In this document: piece by piece, positions 57,486-64,000 of the stretch
Numbering within the stretch: the first letter of the stretch is position 1
Layout of the letters: each line of letters opens with the position of its first letter
Source: Felixounavirus LF110P1
Direction: 5' to 3' (one strand)
DNA length: 64,000 nucleotides
Sequence record: OZ035744.1
The notes under the pieces: model-generated
What the model was told of the DNA's origin: nothing
Seen by the model: only the letters and a program-made list of their open reading frames with translations
The model's database searches: none
Made by a program: the position numbers and the translations under genes

Positions 57486-58595
57486 ATGACTACTAAAACT
57501 AAAGCACAGATTGACGCAGAAATTTACAAACTGGTTAAAGAAGGTAAGCTGACTAAAACAGCTATTGCACAGAAATTTAATACTTCAACCCGTTCAGTCG
57601 GTCGTGCTGTAGAGCGTCATGAAGCAACATTAAAAGGGAATAAGAAGGTAACTTCTACACCAGCTACGAAGACTTTGAAACAAGTTGCTAAGACCTTTAA
57701 GAAGAAAGCTGGAAAACCAGTTGAAAAGGTAGTTAAAGACGCTGTACAGAAAGCTCCAGTAAATAAACTGCACGAAGCTATGCAGAAAGATGACAAGATT
57801 GAGTACATGATTACTGGTGATTCTGTAATTATGACTTATGGTTCAGAATCTGAAATTGTTGAGTCTACTCATCCGAACTATCAAGAGATTGTAGTTCATG
57901 TTGTGAAAGGTGAGTTCAAGAAAGCATTTGAACTGATGAACATTCGTAAGTCTATCGAAAACTTCACGCAGGGAGCTATCACAATCAAAGGTGATAAGCT
58001 ATTCTACGGTGCTGTTGAGATGCGTTCTACTCTGGTTGACCGTATACTTCACATGATGAAGACTGGTGATAAAGGTTTTGAACGACTTGTAATGTTCTTC
58101 GAAAAACTGATGGAAAACCCATCTAAAGATTCTGTAGAACAACTTTGGGGATTCATATCTCACCTTGATGTTGAAATTGATGAAGAAGGCTACATCATTG
58201 GTTGGAAGAAAGTCTCTACTCGTGAAGGCAAGCTGGTTGACTCCCGCACCTGCAAAGTACCTAATGATTTGGGTAACATTGTAGAAATGCCACGTTGGAT
58301 GGTTGATAATAACCGTAACGTGACTTGCTCTCAAGGTCTTCACGTTGGTGCTTGGGATTATGTTCGTTACTTCTCAGGTGATACAATTCTGAAGGTTCGT
58401 GTCCATCCACGAGACGTTGTATCCGTACCAACTGATTACAACGATATGAAGATGCGCTCGTCTCGTTATGAAGTTGCAGCAATCGTTGATAATCAACGTA
58501 AAGTACTGAAAGCATGGGATGGCAAGACTGAAGCTTTGCATGTCATCGTTGGTACTGCTGGAGAACTTATCTCTGAGCGTAAACGTGAAATCTAA
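57486..58595 (+). CDS. rIIB: rIIB-like protein
   Basis: KVRVHPRDVVSVPTDYNDMKMRSSRYEV, GDKLFYGAVEMRSTLVDRIL and CSQGLHV parallel T4 rIIB blocks as I recall them. Confidence 0.8.
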   Translation: MTTKTKAQIDAEIYKLVKEGKLTKTAIAQKFNTSTRSVGRAVERHEATLKGNKKVTSTPATKTLKQVAKTFKKKAGKPVEKVVKDAVQKAPVNKLHEAMQKDDKIEYMITGDSVIMTYGSESEIVESTHPNYQEIVVHVVKGEFKKAFELMNIRKSIENFTQGAITIKGDKLFYGAVEMRSTLVDRILHMMKTGDKGFERLVMFFEKLMENPSKDSVEQLWGFISHLDVEIDEEGYIIGWKKVSTREGKLVDSRTCKVPNDLGNIVEMPRWMVDNNRNVTCSQGLHVGAWDYVRYFSGDTILKVRVHPRDVVSVPTDYNDMKMRSSRYEVAAIVDNQRKVLKAWDGKTEALHVIVGTAGELISERKREI

Positions 58596-58612
58596 TAAGT
58601 AATTTCTTAAAA

Positions 58613-58634
58613 GGCTGCTTCGGCGGCCTTTTTT
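58613..58634 (+). terminator. Rho-independent terminator after rIIB (TTCG tetraloop)
   Basis: GGCTGC ttcg GCGGCC followed by TTTTTT. Confidence 0.6.
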
Positions 58635-58635
58635 A

Positions 58636-58664
58636 TTTGTATTTTGTGCAGAGTGCTGTATAAT
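58636..58664 (+). promoter_or_regulatory. Candidate promoter with consensus -10 TATAAT
   Basis: TTTGTA (58636-58641), 17-bp spacer, TATAAT (58659-58664), upstream of the transglycosylase gene. Confidence 0.4.
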
Positions 58665-58695
58665 TGTTGTCACGATAAACTAAACAGGAGAACCA

Positions 58696-59244
58696 ATGAA
58701 GAAATTGATTCTAGGTTTGTGCTTAATGTTTACAGCACACTTATCTTATGCAGTTGACTGCCCAGAGCTATCAATTAGCCAAAAAGTAAACATGTTAAAA
58801 GCTTACCAGTATGGTGAGAACAACATGGGTAAAGGTTGGGGTATCACTCTAGCTGCTATAGCCTTACAAGAGTCAGAGTTAGGTCTGAAGGTAGAGAATA
58901 AAAAGACACATGATTATGGTATTTTCCAGAATCACTTGAAGACTGTTGTAAAGCGTAACAAAATTAGCCCTAATGTGGCTAAAAAGAAACTCTTAAAAGA
59001 CTTTGACTATGCTGCAAAGGAAACGCACAAAGAGCTTGAGTTTTGGACAAAGGTACATGGTCAGCCAAAGTCAAAGAAGACTTTACAAAAAGTTTTAGCA
59101 TCATATAATGCTGGGTATTCGTACAGAATCCCTAAAGCTAAGAAGTATTCTCAAGATGTCTATAACAACATGAAAGTTATTGCTCAATGTGAATTTGCAA
59201 CAAACATTTCTAAGGTAAATCATGAAAAAATTAAGAAAGTCTGA
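58696..59244 (+). CDS. Secreted lytic transglycosylase (SLT domain), candidate endolysin
   Basis: Signal-like N-terminus MKKLILGLCLMFTAHLSYA; SLT catalytic region AIALQESELG with downstream DYGIFQ. Confidence 0.7.
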   Translation: MKKLILGLCLMFTAHLSYAVDCPELSISQKVNMLKAYQYGENNMGKGWGITLAAIALQESELGLKVENKKTHDYGIFQNHLKTVVKRNKISPNVAKKKLLKDFDYAAKETHKELEFWTKVHGQPKSKKTLQKVLASYNAGYSYRIPKAKKYSQDVYNNMKVIAQCEFATNISKVNHEKIKKV

Positions 59245-59917
59245 TGAAGTACTGTGTCATGCTTATGACTTACATCCTCATGAGTTAGGTCTTAATTCCT
59301 GTGTATGGACTCCAGAACAGTGTAGGGATTTTGAAGACACTGCAAGAGAAGTTGTATGTTCACTCGAAGAGTTCCACACATCAGAGCCAATTGTGAATGT
59401 TGTAGATAAAGAGACTGGACAAACTATAGGCGTAAGTCGTGATAGCTTAGTCATAGTCAATAAAGACCTTGTAGAAAAAGGTAACCTTATCTTAGCAGAC
59501 ATTGATGGTGTTCTTACAAATTTTAATCACGAAGATTGCTCAACGGAATTGATTGATGGGTCATTTTCACAGTACACTAATTTGCTTGACTCTGTAAGTG
59601 CAAAGCCGACGTATGTTTTCAATATCATTGATGCAATTGCTAATCATGCTGCCATTGGACTCTTGACAGCTAGAGGTGAATCTCAGAGAATCCCTACTGA
59701 GATGTTTTTAAGGCATTACATAGAGCATGATTACATGCTTTTTATGCGTGGTTTTGGAACTAACTCTATAAGTGCAGAAAGTTTGAAAGTGAGGATGATT
59801 CAGTCTTGCATTCTGCCTTACTTTAATATAGTATGTTTTATAGAAGACACAGAGAAGAATGTGCAGAAGGTGAACAGAATCCTTCCACACATCAAAACCA
59901 TGTTAGTTAAACATTGA
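59222..59917 (+). CDS. HAD-superfamily phosphatase-like protein (putative nucleotidase)
   Basis: HAD motif I LILADIDGVL; 231 aa with the HAD-like part in the C-terminal two thirds. Confidence 0.4.
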   Translation: MKKLRKSDEVLCHAYDLHPHELGLNSCVWTPEQCRDFEDTAREVVCSLEEFHTSEPIVNVVDKETGQTIGVSRDSLVIVNKDLVEKGNLILADIDGVLTNFNHEDCSTELIDGSFSQYTNLLDSVSAKPTYVFNIIDAIANHAAIGLLTARGESQRIPTEMFLRHYIEHDYMLFMRGFGTNSISAESLKVRMIQSCILPYFNIVCFIEDTEKNVQKVNRILPHIKTMLVKH

Positions 59918-59927
59918 GAGAAAACTT

Positions 59928-60392
59928 ATGAACAATATCATTACGGTAGCACTGGACGTTACGGCAAACAAATCTGAAGTAGTTCGTAACATTATCAAGA
60001 GCAACTTTGAGGGTAAAATCTTCCGTGCTGTCAACGTAAAAGCAGACGGTAACATCCGAGAGTATCGTGCTCTTTTGAATGTTAAGAAACACGTAAAGGG
60101 TTCTGGCTCAACCACAGCACACAAAGAAAACCTGATGACTATCTATGATATGGGGATGGCTTCAGAATTAGGTGCTGAAGGTATCGTTAAAGAAGGTGCT
60201 CCGTATCGCTCTTTCAATCTGGAAACTGCTCTTATGCTTTCCTTTACAAGTGGTTCTAAAACAACTACTTATCTCTTTACTGATGCTGCAACGGTATCTG
60301 CTATCAAGGATAGCACTGTCAAAGCTGGGGTAGCTGCTGCTGCAAAAGCTTCTTCGATGGCTGCAAATGTCCTTGCTAAAGTCCTCGGTTAA
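59928..60392 (+). CDS. Hypothetical protein
   Basis: 154 aa, Ala/Ser/Thr-rich C-terminus; followed by a terminator. Confidence 0.35.
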   Translation: MNNIITVALDVTANKSEVVRNIIKSNFEGKIFRAVNVKADGNIREYRALLNVKKHVKGSGSTTAHKENLMTIYDMGMASELGAEGIVKEGAPYRSFNLETALMLSFTSGSKTTTYLFTDAATVSAIKDSTVKAGVAAAAKASSMAANVLAKVLG

Positions 60393-60403
60393 GGTTAAGA
60401 TAC

Positions 60404-60425
60404 AGGCTCCTTCGGGAGCCTTTTT
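60404..60425 (+). terminator. Rho-independent terminator (TTCG tetraloop)
   Basis: AGGCTCC ttcg GGAGCCT followed by TTTTT. Confidence 0.6.
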
Positions 60426-60444
60426 CATTTCAGGAGATTGTTAA

Positions 60445-60792
60445 ATGACATTTAAAGAGTTCTGTCAAGCTACTTTCATAATTGTTTTCTTAGTTGGGGC
60501 AGGTGTCTGGGGAGGATACTCTTACAGAGACTATCAAGTTGCTGAAACTGAGCTAAACAATCAAAAGCTCATAAGTGTTGCTAAAGATGCTTATCAGGAA
60601 GGATTAGTCACACTGAGCACCAATTACAAAAATGATTTGAAAGATGTGCTTGCTAAGAATAAGCATACAAAAGAGGTACTAACATATGAAAAAACTAAGC
60701 CAGAGTTTTATAATGTTTGTGTTACTGATAACTATGTCAGGGTGTTCAACGAACAAAGTGAACAGTACATTCAAAAACTCCCAAGTAAGTGA
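60445..60792 (+). CDS. i-spanin (Rz-like) candidate
   Basis: N-terminal transmembrane segment FIIVFLVGAGVWGGYSY then a helical periplasmic domain; 115 aa. Confidence 0.5.
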   Translation: MTFKEFCQATFIIVFLVGAGVWGGYSYRDYQVAETELNNQKLISVAKDAYQEGLVTLSTNYKNDLKDVLAKNKHTKEVLTYEKTKPEFYNVCVTDNYVRVFNEQSEQYIQKLPSK

Positions 60793-60955
60793 GAGTGATA
60801 AGTACACTCAAGAAGAGTCACGGTATATCATCAAAGGCAACACAGGCAGCGATGTAGCAGAAGCACTTGAGTTCTACCGTGACGGCTTTTACCAGTGTAC
60901 AATTAAAGCTAATAACCTTATTGACATGATTTTATTAGGGAATAAGCAGCAATGA
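60686..60955 (+). CDS. o-spanin (Rz1-like lipoprotein) candidate, overlapping the Rz-like gene in another frame
   Basis: Lipoprotein-type signal MKKLSQSFIMFVLLITMSGC with Cys after a lipobox-like TMSG; starts inside the i-spanin ORF. Confidence 0.45.
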   Translation: MKKLSQSFIMFVLLITMSGCSTNKVNSTFKNSQVSESDKYTQEESRYIIKGNTGSDVAEALEFYRDGFYQCTIKANNLIDMILLGNKQQ

Positions 60956-61221
60956 CAGAGAATCAAGACACTTTCTATGTAGAAGGTTACTTACTGTTAC
61001 CACGACCAAAAGAAACTTATATGCGAATCGACTTCTTACCAACCATTATGGATAATGTGATGTGTCATATCTTTATGCAAGGTGTCACAGCACAGCTTAA
61101 GCATGTTGGTAAAGAGTGCAAAATAAAGGTTGACACTCATCCAGAAATCAAAGAGAATCACTACACATGGTTCTTACCAGATTCTAAAGAAATCTTAGCA
61201 GTTCTTAAAACGAGGAAGTAA
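60952..61221 (+). CDS. Hypothetical protein
   Basis: 89 aa, coupled start. Confidence 0.3.
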   Translation: MTENQDTFYVEGYLLLPRPKETYMRIDFLPTIMDNVMCHIFMQGVTAQLKHVGKECKIKVDTHPEIKENHYTWFLPDSKEILAVLKTRK

Positions 61222-61223
61222 CT

Positions 61224-61550
61224 ATGCAGATTAATGGAAGAGATTTTGTAGCCGTTTACTACGAGAAAGATAAAGAGGTTGGTGTAGCACAAGTAACTTA
61301 CGGCAATGGTAAGTGGCTATATGGAACAATTGCAGTGGTCGGAACAAGAAGTGACACAAAAACTTTTAAAGATTGTGTTGACCTTCTTGAAGAATCCATT
61401 CAGAATCATTGGTGTCTGATATGGATGACTGACAACGAAGTGATAGAACGCTTCAAAAAGATTGATATCAGCATTGATAGTATTGAGCATGTTGATTTAT
61501 ATGAGCTAACTGAGAAGGTAAACTATGAAAGTAATACTAGCCAGAGATAA
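61224..61550 (+). CDS. Hypothetical protein
   Basis: 108 aa. Confidence 0.3.
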   Translation: MQINGRDFVAVYYEKDKEVGVAQVTYGNGKWLYGTIAVVGTRSDTKTFKDCVDLLEESIQNHWCLIWMTDNEVIERFKKIDISIDSIEHVDLYELTEKVNYESNTSQR

Positions 61551-61752
61551 AAAGACACGAAAGCTTATCAGGTCAGCAGTGTTCATTGGACGAAATGAGG
61601 TCATCCCATTTACAGCAAATGATGTGATAGCTTACAGGAAGAACTTAGTATTCACTGACTGCTTACGTGGCTTCATCTCTGAACCATTGGAAGACTTTAA
61701 AAGTCGTTGTGGTAAAGGTATCATCATTCAAGAGGCAATTATTCATGGCTGA
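61525..61752 (+). CDS. Hypothetical protein
   Basis: 75 aa. Confidence 0.3.
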   Translation: MKVILARDKKTRKLIRSAVFIGRNEVIPFTANDVIAYRKNLVFTDCLRGFISEPLEDFKSRCGKGIIIQEAIIHG

Positions 61753-61945
61753 CTTCTGTAAAGACTGTTCTATCGAAATGTTCGGACGTGATACAGGTGA
61801 CTTAAAAGGTCTTATCACTGAAGATGATTTTAAAGCTGGTTATGCAATGCCAGTAATCTGTGAAGGTTGTGGGTGCATCTGGGTAGACCATGAGGGGCAA
61901 CGTGTAAAACCTTCAGAAGATAAAGAATCTTGGGAGAGATGCTAA
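61745..61945 (+). CDS. Small zinc-binding protein (start at ATG 61745 within track ORF 61667..61945)
   Basis: MADFCKDCSIEMFG...VICEGCGCIWVDHEG: two Cys pairs. Confidence 0.35.
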   Translation: MADFCKDCSIEMFGRDTGDLKGLITEDDFKAGYAMPVICEGCGCIWVDHEGQRVKPSEDKESWERC

Positions 61946-62731
61946 ATGGGTATTGTAAAAATCATCAATGGTGATATCTTTGCTGCATTTGATAAAGGTA
62001 AGTTTGACATCATTGGTCATGGTTGTAACTGCATGAACCTAATGGGCGCAGGTATCGCTGACAAGATTTCTAAACTTTACCCAAAAGCATATGAGACCGA
62101 TACAGAAGTTTATCTCTATGCAGGTGGTATAGGTCACAAACCCTGTGAGAATTTACTAGGTAATTTCTCTGTAGCACGCTTAAAACAAGGTCGTATAGCT
62201 AACCTTTACACTCAGCTTAAGACTGGTAAAGATGCCCGATACAGTGCTTTAGAGTCATCTTTGAAACAGCTTAACAGATACTGTGAAGTTAATCAGTTGA
62301 AGAAAGTTGGTTTACCTATGATTGGTGCAGGTATCGGTGGACTTGACCCTCAAGCCATCACAGTTATCATCAATCAGGTGATGAAGAGTGTAGATGTTTA
62401 TCTGTATGTCTATGAAGGCGAGATGTACCACAAGTTACGCTCAGGTTGGAAGAACTACTGTGAACCAGAATACTTTGCAGGTGTAGCAGTGTTCACAGAT
62501 AACGCAGTTACCCTCTTCAGACGAAGAAAAGGTAAGATACATCAAAGTAACCCTCCGGTTGAAAAGATGTCTCTAAGTAACGCTCTAGTTACCCACCTGT
62601 CAAAGAGCAATCACAGAATTGCTGTAACATTTGGTAGTGATGCAGAAGCTTATATCTATGCAAGAACTGATGAGGATATCGAGGCAATCTTCTCTTCACC
62701 AGAAGTTACCTTCTTAGACGCAAAGAACTAA
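61946..62731 (+). CDS. Macro domain (ADP-ribose binding/processing) protein with a C-terminal extension
   Basis: INGDIF...DIIGHGCNCMNLMGAGIADKI and KVGLPMIGAGIGGL resemble the two macro-domain binding loops (VNAAN...GGGV and PAISTGIYG). Confidence 0.6.
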   Translation: MGIVKIINGDIFAAFDKGKFDIIGHGCNCMNLMGAGIADKISKLYPKAYETDTEVYLYAGGIGHKPCENLLGNFSVARLKQGRIANLYTQLKTGKDARYSALESSLKQLNRYCEVNQLKKVGLPMIGAGIGGLDPQAITVIINQVMKSVDVYLYVYEGEMYHKLRSGWKNYCEPEYFAGVAVFTDNAVTLFRRRKGKIHQSNPPVEKMSLSNALVTHLSKSNHRIAVTFGSDAEAYIYARTDEDIEAIFSSPEVTFLDAKN

Positions 62732-62804
62732 GAAACTCTGTAGTATATTCACAATAGCCTAAGCCTTTCTTATCTGGTAAATTTTTCAGGTAAGGAGGGC
62801 TTTT

Positions 62805-62984
62805 TCATTTTAGAATTGTGCAGGTAGAGTTCTGTAGAGAAATCTGTAGAGAGAATTTTGAACTCCAAAGAGAAAATTCATTTTCAAACTGTGCAGGTAA
62901 TCTCCAAAGAGCTTTTTCATTTTCAAAACGTGCAGACCCCGCTCAGGTCGGGCAAGAAAAATCATTTTAGAATTGTGCAGGTAG
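62805..62984. repeat. Four iteron-like direct repeats, consensus TCATTTT(AG/CA)AA(T/C)TGTGCAGGTA
   Basis: Copies at 62805-62827, 62878-62900, 62917-62938, 62962-62984; also tandem CTGTAGAGA at 62831-62839 and 62843-62851. Confidence 0.6.
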
Positions 62985-63000
62985 GTTTTTATAGACAGCC

Positions 63001-63040
63001 AGCCCAACACCTCTCCCCCTCTTACTCCCCCTCTCCCAAA
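63001..63040 (+). other. Polypyrimidine C-rich tract
   Basis: CCCAACACCTCTCCCCCTCTTACTCCCCCTCTCCC on the plus strand, G-rich on the minus strand. Confidence 0.5.
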
Positions 63041-63159
63041 AAGTCAAGAGAAAAATTTGTAGCGGATTGAAAAATAATTCTTGATTTGCGTTCTGTTTTG
63101 TGGTAGTCGTGCGCACCCGTTTCATTACAGTTTTGCCAAAAATATTTTTAAAATTTTTA

Positions 63160-63188
63160 TTGACTCTTTGAACGTGGTTATCTAATAT
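63160..63188 (+). promoter_or_regulatory. Sigma70-like promoter TTGACT-17-TAATAT
   Basis: TTGACT 63160-63165, 17-bp spacer, TAATAT 63183-63188, preceded by an AT-rich UP-like region. Confidence 0.5.
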
Positions 63189-63251
63189 TTACATCAACGG
63201 GGAGGGAATGACCTTCCCCACTAAATAAAATCCTAAACTGGAGATTCAAAA

Positions 63252-63440
63252 ATGGCATCAAGAAAAATTAAAGTTGGCGATGAGGTTAACATTAAGCACG
63301 AATACTCTTACAAAATGCTAACTATACGCTCTTATAAGGTTTATCAGGTGGAAGCTATCCACAAAGATAATACTTTTTCCTTAAAAGGGTATAGCGAACG
63401 TTTCCCTGCTGAACTCTTTGAGAAATGGAGCGCGAAATAA
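63252..63440 (+). CDS. Hypothetical small protein
   Basis: 62 aa; GGAG RBS. Confidence 0.35.
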   Translation: MASRKIKVGDEVNIKHEYSYKMLTIRSYKVYQVEAIHKDNTFSLKGYSERFPAELFEKWSAK

Positions 63441-63646
63441 TGCTTTACAGTCGTGAATTGATGGTTACAACTAACGTTAACACAAAGGTAAAACGTTTTT
63501 ACATGCAAATTTGTGGCGTATGGTCTAGAATATCAGAAGCTGACTATTGCAACTATGTAGAAACAGCTATAAACTCTAATTGCTACCTTACAAGAAATAC
63601 TAAGAATTTTACAAGGCAAACAGCGATTTACTATTACGATAAATAA
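63425..63646 (+). CDS. Hypothetical small protein
   Basis: 73 aa, overlapping start. Confidence 0.3.
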   Translation: MEREIMLYSRELMVTTNVNTKVKRFYMQICGVWSRISEADYCNYVETAINSNCYLTRNTKNFTRQTAIYYYDK

Positions 63647-63736
63647 AAGTACTTTACATGGGGCTTATAGTTCGATAAAGTAAGCCCCAGATAAAGAGCT
63701 TTACCAAATTAACCCTTAAACTAGGAGATTCAAAAA

Positions 63737-64000
63737 TGGCATATCGTGCACCTAAATTCATCAACAAAGACAACTTTCGCAACGCACTGGAGAAGTCACT
63801 TGATGAAAATTTTAAAGGCAACATTATCGTTGTTCACGCATTCAATTTTAAGTATGATGTAAACGGGAATAGAATCAACCATTACACGGCAACCATGTTA
63901 GATGGCACACTATCAAGTGAAAAAGCCGTACTAAATGCACTGGCAGGACGTGGAAAGGTATTAGTAAGATGTGATAAGAGACGTTATCAGGGCGGTGCAT
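63737..64000 (+). CDS. Hypothetical protein, 3'-truncated by the window end
   Basis: ORF beginning MAYRAPKFINKDNF with an AGGAG RBS; runs off the window. Confidence 0.35.

Noticed and set aside
62805-62984. Possibility that the four direct repeats are a CRISPR array
   Set aside because: Repeats are imperfect, spacing is irregular (about 17 to 50 bp), there are no cas genes, and the context is a phage intergenic region.

Overview
This window reads as one contiguous segment of a virulent tailed dsDNA phage genome, AT-rich, with almost no non-coding space and no rRNA, tRNA or CRISPR that I could see. All calls rest on reading the supplied translations and the DNA by eye; no searches were run. 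Layout: (1) 1-23 kb, plus strand: a late structural module (terminase large subunit, portal, S49-type prohead protease/scaffold, major capsid, putative sheath and tube, two chaperone ORFs with a -1 frameshift site, tape measure, baseplate-like proteins, two paralogous tail fibres with His-x-His repeats). (2) 23.6-33.2 kb, minus strand: thymidylate synthase, DHFR, a cluster of small accessory ORFs, ATP-dependent DNA ligase, an HNH homing endonuclease and a family A DNA polymerase. (3) 33.4-64 kb, plus strand: dNMP kinase, primase-helicase, SSB-like protein, 5'-3' exonuclease, aerobic and anaerobic ribonucleotide reductases (NrdA/B, glutaredoxin, NrdD/G), a Prs-like plus NAMPT-like pair, rIIA/rIIB, a secreted lytic transglycosylase, an overlapping spanin pair and a macro-domain protein. 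The most interesting candidates are the Prs-like/NAMPT-like pair (possible NAD+ reconstitution counter-defence), the macro-domain protein, the accessory cluster between DHFR and ligase, and two repeat-rich intergenic regions (27.1-27.5 kb and 62.7-63.25 kb).
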